Part shown: positions 41,500-51,710 of the stretch, piece by piece
How the letters are laid out: each line of letters starts with the position of its first letter
Numbering within the stretch: the first letter of the stretch is position 1
Source: Longimicrobiales bacterium
Lineage (GTDB): Bacteria; Gemmatimonadota; Gemmatimonadetes; Longimicrobiales; Gaopeijiaceae
Length of the DNA: 64,000 bases
Reading direction: 5' to 3'
NCBI GenBank assembly: GCA_041690395.1
Contig: JAWLHJ010000002.1
Span: forward strand, 500,751 to 564,750
Notes under the pieces: generated by a model
What the model was told of the DNA's origin: nothing
What the model saw: only the letters and a program-made list of their open reading frames with translations
Databases searched by the model: none
Translations under genes and position numbers: made by a program

Positions 41500-44400
41500 T
41501 CAGTGGACGATGTTGCGGGTCCGCAGATGTGACGTGACCGCGCCGACCAGCAGCGGTCTGATCTGGTAGCGCGACGTACGCTCGATCTCGGACTCGCGCG
41601 CCTCTCCGGACCCGGACCAGGAGAGCTCTTCGATCAGCCGCCGGTTCTGCAGCGCCTCGAAGATCTGGTAGCTTTCCTGCCGTGGAAGGCGGAACACCGC
41701 GCTGTGCTCGTCGAGCGTGAGCGTCCTGTGCTCGAGGAGGGCCTTGAGCGTGAAGTTCTGACTCGCGTCCAGGGCGTCGAGGACCGTGAAGTCGGGGCGG
41801 ATCAGCGGCCGCATGGACACCGCCCCTTCCTCTTCCTCGAAGTCGGCCGCGAGCAGCCAGTGGAAGAGGGCGAGCTTCAGGTTGCCGTCGGAGATCCGGT
41901 GGAGCTGCTCGAAGAAGTCGTCCTCGAGGAGCCGTTGGTGACCCTCGGTGCCTCTCAGGCGCCTTAGGCGGCGGCGCAGGAGGGCCCGACCCTCACGCGG
42001 CTCCACGAAGCGTAGCCGGAGGCCGCTCCGGCGGTGCCGCTGAAGAACGGTTTCCTTGAGGCGATCCACGGAGAGCGCCCCCAGCACCAGGTCGTCGACC
42101 TGGGCGACGGCGACCGGCTCCGCCTTCGCCATGAGCTGCCAGGCCGGCTGCCCCACCCCGGCGAGCCAGAACGTCCGTGGCTCGGTTTCCGACATGAGCG
42201 TGAGGAGCCGCTCGAGGGGATCCGTTCCACCCGGCACGCGCAGATAGAGGTGCTCGAGCCCATCGAGGATCACCACGTCGGGAACGTCGCCGGCCACCGC
42301 CTTGAGGATACGGGAGGCCAGGCCGTCCATGCTATCGGCCATGTCCACGCCGAGCACCTCCGCCAGCCTGCTCGCGAGCCCCGCCTCGGTCCGCATACGG
42401 TCGGGCACCTCGAACCGGGCGATGGACGCACCCTCCCCGGCGAACATCCGCTCGCATGCGTTGAGGAAGCTGGTCACACCCGCGCCGGGGTATCCTCTCA
42501 CGATGAGCGGCACCTCGTCTTCCTCCCGCCAACGACGCCACCGCTTTAGGACCTCGGCGAGCTCCGCGGTTCGTCCGACGAGGAATGTCGAGTCCTGGAC
42601 GGGCTCCAGCGAGAACAGCCGCTGGTAGACCAGCGGGACGTGTCCCGGGCCCGAATCCCCCTTGGCGAACGCCCGCACGGTACGAGCGGCCTGACGCCCC
42701 GATACCGTCGCGGTGTCGCCCAGAAGGGAATTCACCGCACTCTGGAGTCGCCGTGCGGTACGGCGACCGCGCAGGTGCCTGTAGCGCAGGTAGCGACCGA
42801 TTCGGCGCGCCGTGGGCCCGAGTCGGTCCGTCGCCCGCAGCCAGGCATCGACAATCCTGAACCGAGCACGGAGCAGCTGACTCTGCATGCGTCCCGCGCC
42901 CAGGCGCTCGAGGAGTCCGCTCGCTCCGCTCACCATCTCGGCGTCGATCCGCTTCTTCGCCGACACGAGAGCGACTTCGAGCCGCCCGGGCACATCCCTT
43001 ACGACGCCCGCGGACCGCTCCAGCGCCTCGACGGCGAGACGCCCCGCTCGCTGGCCTGGAGTACCCCCGTCGTCCCCAACGGTCGTCCCCGAGCCCTTCG
43101 GGGCCCCGGAGGCCTTCGCGGAGTCCACCTCCAGCTCGCTCCTCGCGGCCTCGAACGCGAACTGGACGACGTCGGGCAGCTCCAGGATCGCGGCTCTCGC
43201 CGCGCCCACGGCCGGCACGAGGTCGAGCGTGGCCTTCCGGATACGCTCGACGCGCATGGCGTCCAGGGACTCCCGCGCACGCTCGAGGAACGGCACCCTG
43301 CGGGTGTCCTCGGGCCGGGTGGCGGTCGGCATCTGGTCGTCGAGCCGGTGGAGCACGAGCGAATCCGGCGCCTGACGGACGATGCTCTGGAGTGCGTCGA
43401 CCGCGTCGCCGGCCACCCGCTCAAGCTCGCCCGACACCGCGGTGATCTCGGGCAGGGAGGCGACGGCCCCGGCGACCACCTCGTCGGCCGCCTGCCTGAG
43501 CTGGGACAGGACGTCCGGGGTCGCTGCGTCTTCGACCCGGCTCCTTGCCTCGTCCGCGAGCTCGTCGAGGGCATCGCCGATCGCGCCGAGGGCCCCGAGC
43601 GGCTCGAGAACGATTTCCCGCGTGCGGGTCGCGAGGCGCTCCAACACCGCCGTGCTGCCGAGCAGCAGCTCGAGGAACGCCCGGTACATCGCGAGCCGCT
43701 GGGCCGCCTGCTGATCCCAGGCCCCCAGCGCCTCCGCGGTGCCCTCCATCTCGCGCAGCTCGGGAGGGTCGGTGGCCACATCGGGCGGTGACCAGACGAG
43801 GCTACCGACCGCGCGGAGGTCGGAGTTGAGCTCCATGGCCGCGAGATCCATGCGCTCGACCGCCTGCTCCCGGGCCTCCTCGCCGGGAAGGTCCTCGGAA
43901 AGGGCTACCAGCTCCGCCTCGAACGCCTCCGCTGCCGCGGTCAACCGACGCCACGGTTCGTCCGTCCGCTGTCGAGACGGGTCGGGCTCGCCGTCATCGG
44001 CCTCAGCGGGCACGCCGGGCTCCATGGGGTCCGGGGGGAGGTCCGGATCCGCGACGCGAGTCAGCACCGGAAGCGCGTCGGCCGCCCATGCGGAGCACGC
44101 TCGCTCGAGCCGCGCGACCCAACGAGCCCACGCCCACGCCGCGTCGGACGCGAACCGGCTCGCGGCCGGGGTCATCCGCGCGTACAGGTGGTTGAGTGCG
44201 ACGGCGCGAAGCGGCGCGTCCCGTGATTCATCGGCTCGCCGCGCCGGACTGATCAACCGTGCGACGCCCTTCCGGGTTCGCCGACCGAGACCATCGGTGG
44301 GGAGAGGCTCGAGCGCCCCACTTCCCCAGCGGACGTCGACTCTGAACTCGAGCGAGCGAGCCGCCTCGACGGCCTCGGCGAAGGCGGCCCTGATCTCCCG

Positions 44401-44730
44401 CGCCGGCAGCTGCGTGGGCTTGTGATGCTCCAGCGCCATCTCGAGCGTCGGCAGGATCCCGTCGGCGCAGCCGTGGCGATACCGGCGGACGGACTCGGAA
44501 CGCGCTTCGCTCTCCTCGGGTGGCGGGCCGTCGAGTCCCGCCTCGTCCCTCAGGGACCGGTGCAGCTCGATCGCCTCGCTCAGGGCGCTCAGGATCGTTG
44601 CTTCGGCCCTGGACGACAACCCGCTCAGGGCCTCCACCAAGGGGCGATGGCTCGCGGCGACCACAACCTCCAGCGCTCGCTCCGGCTCCATGGGCGCCGA
44701 AGGCGGAACGGTCGGATCAGTCTCGATCAA
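41500..44730 (-). CDS. Large hypothetical protein with a C-terminal P-loop (AAA/STAND-like) domain
   Basis: 1076 aa; FLVGRTAEL, Walker A-like GYPGAGVT, Walker B-like VVILDGLE; long helical N-terminus. Confidence 0.75.
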   Translation of the reverse strand: MIETDPTVPPSAPMEPERALEVVVAASHRPLVEALSGLSSRAEATILSALSEAIELHRSLRDEAGLDGPPPEESEARSESVRRYRHGCADGILPTLEMALEHHKPTQLPAREIRAAFAEAVEAARSLEFRVDVRWGSGALEPLPTDGLGRRTRKGVARLISPARRADESRDAPLRAVALNHLYARMTPAASRFASDAAWAWARWVARLERACSAWAADALPVLTRVADPDLPPDPMEPGVPAEADDGEPDPSRQRTDEPWRRLTAAAEAFEAELVALSEDLPGEEAREQAVERMDLAAMELNSDLRAVGSLVWSPPDVATDPPELREMEGTAEALGAWDQQAAQRLAMYRAFLELLLGSTAVLERLATRTREIVLEPLGALGAIGDALDELADEARSRVEDAATPDVLSQLRQAADEVVAGAVASLPEITAVSGELERVAGDAVDALQSIVRQAPDSLVLHRLDDQMPTATRPEDTRRVPFLERARESLDAMRVERIRKATLDLVPAVGAARAAILELPDVVQFAFEAARSELEVDSAKASGAPKGSGTTVGDDGGTPGQRAGRLAVEALERSAGVVRDVPGRLEVALVSAKKRIDAEMVSGASGLLERLGAGRMQSQLLRARFRIVDAWLRATDRLGPTARRIGRYLRYRHLRGRRTARRLQSAVNSLLGDTATVSGRQAARTVRAFAKGDSGPGHVPLVYQRLFSLEPVQDSTFLVGRTAELAEVLKRWRRWREEDEVPLIVRGYPGAGVTSFLNACERMFAGEGASIARFEVPDRMRTEAGLASRLAEVLGVDMADSMDGLASRILKAVAGDVPDVVILDGLEHLYLRVPGGTDPLERLLTLMSETEPRTFWLAGVGQPAWQLMAKAEPVAVAQVDDLVLGALSVDRLKETVLQRHRRSGLRLRFVEPREGRALLRRRLRRLRGTEGHQRLLEDDFFEQLHRISDGNLKLALFHWLLAADFEEEEGAVSMRPLIRPDFTVLDALDASQNFTLKALLEHRTLTLDEHSAVFRLPRQESYQIFEALQNRRLIEELSWSGSGEARESEIERTSRYQIRPLLVGAVTSHLRTRNIVH

Positions 44731-46024
44731 CGGAGGCTTCTCCCGTGGTCACGGTTTCAGGAGCGGACAACGAGGCACCCGGCTCTTCGGGCGGACTCCA
44801 CGTCGGTGGCTGCCGCTCGCCGCCCATCATCCCGGCGGCCCGGAAGCCGGCACGTGCCCGCTCCGTCACGTCGCTCTCGAAGAGGAACTCGTGCCGCGGA
44901 TCGAGGACGTAGGCTTTCACGCGCACCCGGGTGAACACGGACCGGTGGAGCTCGTCGCGGATGAGCACCACGATCGGCTTGTTCAGGTAGACGTAGCGGG
45001 AGCCGACCGCCGCTTCGAACGCGATCCGCTTCGCCTCTGCCTCGTCCACGTCCCCGGGGAGATAGAGGTCGGTGACGACCTGACAGTTCAGCTCGCCCGC
45101 GTTGGCGTTCGCGACCTGCTGGTCGACCACCTGCGCGTTGGGCACGCTCACCAGGTTGTCGTCCGGAGTCACGATGCGGGTGGATCTCAGGCCGATGGAG
45201 GTCACCTCGCCGTAGGTCTCGCCGACCCTGATCTTGTCACCGACCTGGAAGGGCTGGTCGAACACGAGGATGATCCCGCCGAACAGGTTCTTCAGCAGGT
45301 CCTGAGCGGCGAAGCCGACCGCGACGCCCAGGGCGGCCGCCCCGGCCACGATGCCCTGGGCGTCGACCTGGAAGATGACGCGGACGATCAGGTAGCCCGC
45401 GAATAGCCAGAGCACGATACGGACGATCGGCACGAGCCCCTTGAAGAACAGCCGTCGCTTCGCGCTCCGCTCGCTCAGCTGGTCGAGGACCCACGCGACC
45501 AGCCGGACGAGATAGTTGAACAGGAACACGACGACGATCGACCAGAGTACGCCGACGCCGAAGTTGCGTACCTGGTCCCGGGCCTCTCCCAGCACCTCGC
45601 CGGTCTGCATGCCACGCGCGACGGAGTCGACGGCCTGGGTCGTGGACGACAACAGCGACGCGAGGGAGTCGAGCTGGGCCTGCGTCTGCACCTGGGCCGC
45701 GATGAGAAGATCGATCCGGTCTTCGACGCCCAACTCCTGCGCGGCGGGTGGCAAAGTGGGTGGTCCGGAGGCGGGCGTCGAGTCGTCCGGAATGGCGGTG
45801 TCCCCCGCGAGCGCCGAGTCCGCCGCGGCGGCCGAGGCTCCTCCGATCGTATCCGCCAATGCGTCCGCGGGAGGCGCGCTGTCCGAGACGACGGCCGTGG
45901 AGTCGGCGGTCGTGGGCAGCGTATCGGCCGGGTCGGACGACGCCTCGCCGCCGCCCGGCCAATCGCAGGCTTGGGCCGAGAGGACGACGAGGAGCGTGGC
46001 CGCGATCAGGGGGAGGGGACGCAT
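44717..46024 (-). CDS. MscS-family mechanosensitive channel with an extended N-terminus
   Basis: GVAVGFAAQDLLKNLFGG, PFQVGDKI, GEVTSIGLRSTRI, VPNAQV. Start at MRPLP with lipobox-like SAQAC. Confidence 0.88.
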   Translation of the reverse strand: MRPLPLIAATLLVVLSAQACDWPGGGEASSDPADTLPTTADSTAVVSDSAPPADALADTIGGASAAAADSALAGDTAIPDDSTPASGPPTLPPAAQELGVEDRIDLLIAAQVQTQAQLDSLASLLSSTTQAVDSVARGMQTGEVLGEARDQVRNFGVGVLWSIVVVFLFNYLVRLVAWVLDQLSERSAKRRLFFKGLVPIVRIVLWLFAGYLIVRVIFQVDAQGIVAGAAALGVAVGFAAQDLLKNLFGGIILVFDQPFQVGDKIRVGETYGEVTSIGLRSTRIVTPDDNLVSVPNAQVVDQQVANANAGELNCQVVTDLYLPGDVDEAEAKRIAFEAAVGSRYVYLNKPIVVLIRDELHRSVFTRVRVKAYVLDPRHEFLFESDVTERARAGFRAAGMMGGERQPPTWSPPEEPGASLSAPETVTTGEASVDRD

Positions 46025-46137
46025 CGCGTAATATTGCCCGACCGGCCGCACGGCTGCAAACCAGGGTAAGCCAATGGTCCTCGCGCCCCCGTGCCTTCGC
46101 ACCTGGGGGTCGATCGGCCCGGCGCTATATTTCGTCC

Positions 46138-47850
46138 ATGACCTACGTGCATCCACACTTCGCCCGGAGGCCCGTCCGACACCTCGGCCGACCCCCCTGC
46201 CGGGTAGTTCCGCTCGCGCTCGGAGCGCTCATCGCGTTCGCGACACCGGCCGCCCCGCAGGATCCATCCGCGACGTCGATTCGCGAGCAGATCCGCGAGC
46301 GCATCGAGGTCTTCCGAGCCGTCGGTGACATGTCGGCCGGCGGGAGGTCCATCCTGGCTAAGACCGCCCTCCCGCGCTTCTACGAAGAGAGGGCGTTCGA
46401 GCCGATCTGGGTGGCCCCGGGCTCGGCCGCCCGGTTGCGTGAGTTGACGTCCGCGATCCGGACGTCGGAGGATCACGGGCTCGACCCCGAAGCCTATCAC
46501 CTCGCGGCCATCGACTCCCTCGCCCGCCGAGTCGGGGAGCGCTTCGACGAAGATGCCGCGAGTGATCTGGAGATACTGGCCACCGACGCGTTCCTCGTGC
46601 TCGGCTCGCACCTCCTGCACGGACGGGTGAATCCCGAGACCATCAACCCGGAATGGCTCGCCAACCGCCGGAGCGCGAGGCTCGATACGATCCTCGCCCG
46701 AGCCGTCGAACGCTCACGAATCTCGGATGGACTGTACGCACTCGCCCCGCAACAGGAGCGCTACCGGCGCATGCTCGATGCCGCGCGAACCCTGCGTGCG
46801 CTCGTGGCGCGGGGCGGGTGGCCCGTCGTTTCGGACGGCGAGCGTCTGGAAGTCGGCAGCGAGGGTCCGCGGGTTCTCGAGCTGCGGAGGCGGCTGGGGA
46901 TCGGAGGCGATGTCGCGCCCGACGAGGACGGCGGTCGGGCCGAGCCCCTCCGCTTCGATCAAAGCCTCTTCGAGGCCGTGCGCCGCTTCCAGGAGAGGCA
47001 CGGGCTCGACGCCGACGGAGTCGTGGGACGAGCCACCCTCGCTGCGCTCAACGTCCCGGCGGAAGCGCGACTTCGCCAGATCGAGATCAATCTCGAGCGG
47101 TGGCGGTGGCTACCCGCGGAGCTGGGAGATCGTCACATCGAGGTCAACATTCCCGGCTTCGACGTCCGCGTGGTGGAACAGGGAGCAATCGTGGCCCGGC
47201 ATCGGGCGGTGGTCGGTCGCCGCTACCGGGCGACCCCGATGTTCAGCGGCTCGATGACGTATCTGGTGCTCGCTCCCTACTGGCACGTGCCGCCCACCAT
47301 CGCGGCCGTCGACAAGCTCCCGCTCATCAAGCAAGACCCCGGCCAGATTGCGCGCGACCGCATGACCCTACTGGAGCTCGGCACCGACGCGCCGGTGGAC
47401 CCGGCGACGGTGGACTGGGCCTCGATGACCGGAGCCGAATTCAACCGGCGGTATCGGCTCCGACAGGATCCCGGGCCGTTCAACGCGCTCGGGCACGTGA
47501 AGTTCATGTTTCCCAACCGACACAACGTCTATCTGCATGACACCCCCAGCCGCGACCTCTTCGAGCGCACGGCGCGTGACTTCTCGTCGGGGTGCATACG
47601 GGTGGACCGGGCATTCGAGCTGGCGGAGTATCTCCTGCGTGACCGGCCGGGTTGGACCCGCCAACGCATCGAGGAAGTCGCGCGCGGAAGCGTCGAGCGG
47701 ACCGTCCCGCTCGGGGCGGCCGTGCCCGTTCATCTGCTGTACTGGACGGCGTGGACGGAAGACGACACCGCGCTCCACTTCAGGGAAGACATCTACGGCC
47801 GTGACGAGGTCGTATGGCGCGCTCTGACCGCCCCACCCCCGGTGGACTGA
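46138..47850 (+). CDS. L,D-transpeptidase (YcbB/LdtD-like) with a peptidoglycan-binding domain
   Basis: AVRRFQERHGLDADGVVG, NLERWRWLP, NALGHVKFMFPN, YLHDTP, SSGCIRV. Confidence 0.92.
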   Translation: MTYVHPHFARRPVRHLGRPPCRVVPLALGALIAFATPAAPQDPSATSIREQIRERIEVFRAVGDMSAGGRSILAKTALPRFYEERAFEPIWVAPGSAARLRELTSAIRTSEDHGLDPEAYHLAAIDSLARRVGERFDEDAASDLEILATDAFLVLGSHLLHGRVNPETINPEWLANRRSARLDTILARAVERSRISDGLYALAPQQERYRRMLDAARTLRALVARGGWPVVSDGERLEVGSEGPRVLELRRRLGIGGDVAPDEDGGRAEPLRFDQSLFEAVRRFQERHGLDADGVVGRATLAALNVPAEARLRQIEINLERWRWLPAELGDRHIEVNIPGFDVRVVEQGAIVARHRAVVGRRYRATPMFSGSMTYLVLAPYWHVPPTIAAVDKLPLIKQDPGQIARDRMTLLELGTDAPVDPATVDWASMTGAEFNRRYRLRQDPGPFNALGHVKFMFPNRHNVYLHDTPSRDLFERTARDFSSGCIRVDRAFELAEYLLRDRPGWTRQRIEEVARGSVERTVPLGAAVPVHLLYWTAWTEDDTALHFREDIYGRDEVVWRALTAPPPVD

Positions 47851-47930
47851 GGCGGCATCCCGAGTCCGCCCACACCCGGCCGGCAGCGATCGCGACGACG
47901 TTCGTTCGTCACCCATCCGACCGCGGCCGA

Positions 47931-48557
47931 TCAGCGGATCGTGCGCCCGCCCGTTCGGTCGTCCACTATGAAGCGCCCGTGCGCGGGCATCTGCACGGCG
48001 GGAAGGGTCTCCCGGCTCATGACCGCGTCCGCCGCGACGATCTCGTTTCGATAGAGCAGATAGGCGATCACCGCGTAGGTCTCGTCGGCCGTCAGGCTTC
48101 CCGGCGTGAGCTGCGGCATGGCGCGTCGGATGTAGTCGTACAGGGTCGTCGCGTAGGGCCAGTAGTTCCCGATACCGCGGTTGACCGGCCACTGCTCCCA
48201 GGGGTCGGTCGCGACCAGGCGGTCGTACGGCCCTTCGACACCGGTGGGTCCGTGGCACGCGATGCACTGCGTCATGTACACCTGCTCACCTTCCTGGACC
48301 GTCCCACTCCCTTCGGGGAGTCCTTCACCGTCGGGCTTGACGTCGATATCCCACATCGCGACCCGCGCCGCGGACGCCTCGCTCCCGAAAGAGAACCGTT
48401 CCGGAGCGGCCTCCGGAAGAGCGTAGCCACCACCGGCGGCGCCGGCCGCCCCGTCCGCACCCTGGCCGCCACCCGACGCATCGGACCCACCGGCGCAGCC
48501 GGCCACGAGCCCCACCAGCAGGCCCGCCGCGACGAACCCTCTCCAGGCCCGCGTCAT
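47931..48557 (-). CDS. soxD: SoxD-like c-type cytochrome (monohaem, lipoprotein)
   Basis: CIACH, DVKPDGEGLPEGSG, NYWPYATTLYDYIRRAMP; lipobox VAGC; ATGA overlap with soxC. Confidence 0.85.
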   Translation of the reverse strand: MTRAWRGFVAAGLLVGLVAGCAGGSDASGGGQGADGAAGAAGGGYALPEAAPERFSFGSEASAARVAMWDIDVKPDGEGLPEGSGTVQEGEQVYMTQCIACHGPTGVEGPYDRLVATDPWEQWPVNRGIGNYWPYATTLYDYIRRAMPQLTPGSLTADETYAVIAYLLYRNEIVAADAVMSRETLPAVQMPAHGRFIVDDRTGGRTIR

Positions 48558-49873
48558 ACGAGCTCTCCCAACCCGAAGGTCACCGCCCCGTCTCCGGCGA
48601 CGCGCCAGGCACGCTGATGGTTCTGGTGGTACGACGTGCGCTCGCCCCGCGCCTCCCAGAGCTCGTGGACGGTCGGCTGCACGTAGCCCGTCTCGTCCGT
48701 GGCCCGGCTCAGGATCACGGTCTCCCGCCCGTCCCAGTTCCATAGATGCCGGAAGCGGACGGTCGCCACCGGTAGGACCGGCTGCTGCATCTCGGCATCC
48801 ACCCACCGGCGCCCGCCGTCCGTGCTGACCTCCACGCGGGTGATCCGGCCCCGGCCGGTCCAGGCCAGCCCCTTGATCTCCCACCAACCGCGGTCGGGCA
48901 GCACGTAGGGGTACGACGGGAAGGTGATCACGGACTTGGCGTCCATGACGAAGCTGAACTGCCGGGCCGTGCCGTCTCCCAGCGGATCCGTGTACTTGGA
49001 GGTCTCCTCACGCGTCATGGTCGGCCGGTCGGTCACCTCGATCCGGCGCAACCACTTCACCTGCGTGTTCCCCTCCCACCCCGGGAGCATGAGCCGCAGC
49101 GGATACCCCTGCTCCGGCCGTATGGCCTCGCCGTTCTGTCCGTAGGCGAGGATCGCGTCGTCCATTCCCTTCTCGAGCGGGATGCTGCGGTTCAGCCCGG
49201 CAGCGTCGGAGCCCTCCGCAAGCAGCCAACTCGCACCGGGCCGCACACCGACTTCGCGGAGCACCCAGGCCAGAGGCACGCCCGTCCACTCGCTCGTGCT
49301 GATGAGGCCGTCGATCTGCTGCACGGTGATGTCGGTGGGCATCCGGTCGCGGCTGTAGATTCCGCCCCCGTTCCCCGAGCACTCGATGAAGTAGATCCGC
49401 GAGACGGACGGATAGCGCATGATGTCCGCCATGCGGAAGACCATGGGGCGGTCCACCATGCCGTGGATCAGGAGCTCGTGTTCCTCGATGCGGATGTCCG
49501 GCACTCCGGCATGGTGCCGCTCGAAGTGCAGGTCCGAGGGCGTGATGATGCCGTGGAAGTCCTGGAGCGGACTCCGGGACGAGCTCGACAGCTCCTCGCC
49601 GCGCAGGAAGCGCTTGGGCTGCTCGCCCGGGGCGCGCGACCCGACCTCCGAGACGATGCGGCCCGGAACCTTCATCGGGTCCGGCCGTCCGGTCGACGAC
49701 GCGGCCTGGGCGGCCTGCGTGGCCCCCGACATCGGGTCGGTGCCGAGCGGCGCCTCGGTGGCATCCAGACGGAGCGCGTCCGCCTGGGTCTTGAGCAGCC
49801 CCGCTGCGATGACCCCCGAAGTGGTGGTCAACCAGGCGCGGCGAGAGAGCGGCGATCCATCGAACGGCGGCAT
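48554..49873 (-). CDS. soxC: SoxC sulfite/sulfane dehydrogenase molybdopterin subunit
   Basis: SRRAWL Tat signal; GIITPSDLHFERHHAG, IECSGN, EQGYPLRL, REETSKYTD. Confidence 0.92.
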   Translation of the reverse strand: MPPFDGSPLSRRAWLTTTSGVIAAGLLKTQADALRLDATEAPLGTDPMSGATQAAQAASSTGRPDPMKVPGRIVSEVGSRAPGEQPKRFLRGEELSSSSRSPLQDFHGIITPSDLHFERHHAGVPDIRIEEHELLIHGMVDRPMVFRMADIMRYPSVSRIYFIECSGNGGGIYSRDRMPTDITVQQIDGLISTSEWTGVPLAWVLREVGVRPGASWLLAEGSDAAGLNRSIPLEKGMDDAILAYGQNGEAIRPEQGYPLRLMLPGWEGNTQVKWLRRIEVTDRPTMTREETSKYTDPLGDGTARQFSFVMDAKSVITFPSYPYVLPDRGWWEIKGLAWTGRGRITRVEVSTDGGRRWVDAEMQQPVLPVATVRFRHLWNWDGRETVILSRATDETGYVQPTVHELWEARGERTSYHQNHQRAWRVAGDGAVTFGLGELV

Positions 49874-50029
49874 TCCCTACTTCCTCCGGAGCAGTTGGTT
49901 GGCGGGGACAACCTGGGTCACCGGCCTCCGTCCTGCCAGGGGTACCCCGTCCGCTGGACGTGGCCCGGATCCGGAGGCACATTGGCGGCACGTAGTCGTG
50001 CACCAACCCGCCGTCCGAAGGAGGCGTCG

Positions 50030-51664
50030 ATGTCCCGCCCGAAGCTCATGCTCTATACGGCCCTCGCGCTCGCGACCCCCGCTCTGCTCACCGCTCAGGA
50101 TCATGGCATGGGAGGGGGGAGCATGGAGGCTTCGTTACCGGAGAGCTTCTCGGAACCGATGCCGCTCCACCACGACGGCAGGGGGCTCGGCCCCTTCACC
50201 CGCCCGATCACGACCGCATCGGTGGAGGCGCAGCGCTACTTCGATCAGGGTGTCCAGCTGATGTACGCCTTCGACGTCACCGGTGCGGCACGGTCGTTCC
50301 GCGAGGCCTGGAGACTCGATCCGAACTGCGCCATGTGCTACTTCGGCGAGGCATGGTCTTGGGGCTCCTACCTCAACGGCCCGATGACCGCCATGGACGC
50401 GCCACGTGCGCACGCCGCGATCTCGAAGGCGCTGGAGCTCGCGCCGGGCAACGCCACGGAAGTCGAGCGGGCGCTCATCGCGGCGATGGCCGTGCGGTAC
50501 GAGCCCGAGCACGACCCCGATCGCCGGCGCGCGTTGGACGAGCGGTGGGCGGAGGCCGCGCGGGACGTCTACGAGCGCTTCCCGAGCGATCTCGACGCCG
50601 GATTCCTGGCGGGCGAGGCGCTCATGCTCCTTCAGCCCAGGCGGGGGCTCTGGGACATCGAAGACCCCGAAGTCCAGGAGATCCACCGCGTCCTCGAGTC
50701 GGTCCTCGACCAGGACATCGAGCACCCCGGCGCATGCCATCTCTACATCCACGCCACCGAGCCGACGCAGCGCCCCGGGAAGGCGGAGGCCTGCGCGGCC
50801 TTCCTGGGAAGCTCGATCCCGGGGGCGAGCCACATCCAGCACATGCCCTCGCACACGTGGAACCGGGTCGGGCGGTGGGGCGACGCGGTGCGCGCGAACA
50901 TCGACGCCTGGCATTCCGACCTGAAGGCGGCGCGCGGGGAGGGATTCGCCATCTATCCGTCGCACAACCTGCACATGCTCCTGTTCGCCGCTTCCAACGA
51001 CGGTCAGGGCGCCGTGGCGATCCAGGCGGGCAAGGACTACGGCGAGCTCATGGAGGGCGGGAGCTTCTACCATGGGCTCACGCTGCTCCGGTTCGGACGT
51101 TTCGACGAGATCCTGGAGCTGCGTGATCCGCCCCAGAACCTCGTGTTCCGCGGGCTCTGGGACTTCTCGAAGGGATACGCCCACCTCCGCACCGGCGACG
51201 AGGGCACCGCCCGCTGGTATCTGCACCGGATCGAGACCGCCATCGCCGAGGCGCCCGAGGGCACGAACTTCCGTGGTCACTCGGCCGACCAGCTCCTCGG
51301 GGTGGTCGCCGCCATTCTCGAAGGGGAGATCCTCCGCGCCAACGGGCAGCTCGATGCCGCCATCGACGTGCTCTCGGCCGGCGCCGACCTCGAGGACACC
51401 ATCCGCTACGACGAGCCGGAGCCGCTCAACTTCTCGATCCGGCACTGGCTCGGAGACGCCCTGAACGAAGCCGGCCGTCACGCCGAGGCCGAGCAGGTGT
51501 TCGAGACGGAGCTCGTGGACCACCCGAACAACGGCTGGTCGCTGTTCGGCCTCGAGGAAGCGTTGAGGGCGCAGGGCAAGGATGCCGAGGCCGACCGTGT
51601 GCAGGAGCGCTTCAGGGAGGCGTGGGCCCGGTCCGACAGCTACATCTGGGCGCCGGTGTTCTGA
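50030..51664 (+). CDS. Secreted TPR-like protein with His-rich conserved-looking motifs
   Basis: Signal peptide; AQRYFDQG, DPNCAMCY, HPGACHLYIH, HIQHMPSH, PNNGWSLFGL; RBS GGAGG. Confidence 0.8.
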   Translation: MSRPKLMLYTALALATPALLTAQDHGMGGGSMEASLPESFSEPMPLHHDGRGLGPFTRPITTASVEAQRYFDQGVQLMYAFDVTGAARSFREAWRLDPNCAMCYFGEAWSWGSYLNGPMTAMDAPRAHAAISKALELAPGNATEVERALIAAMAVRYEPEHDPDRRRALDERWAEAARDVYERFPSDLDAGFLAGEALMLLQPRRGLWDIEDPEVQEIHRVLESVLDQDIEHPGACHLYIHATEPTQRPGKAEACAAFLGSSIPGASHIQHMPSHTWNRVGRWGDAVRANIDAWHSDLKAARGEGFAIYPSHNLHMLLFAASNDGQGAVAIQAGKDYGELMEGGSFYHGLTLLRFGRFDEILELRDPPQNLVFRGLWDFSKGYAHLRTGDEGTARWYLHRIETAIAEAPEGTNFRGHSADQLLGVVAAILEGEILRANGQLDAAIDVLSAGADLEDTIRYDEPEPLNFSIRHWLGDALNEAGRHAEAEQVFETELVDHPNNGWSLFGLEEALRAQGKDAEADRVQERFREAWARSDSYIWAPVF

Positions 51665-51710
51665 CCATCCTGCGGGCGGCGTTACCCCACGCCGCCCGGA
51701 TCGGGTCGGC

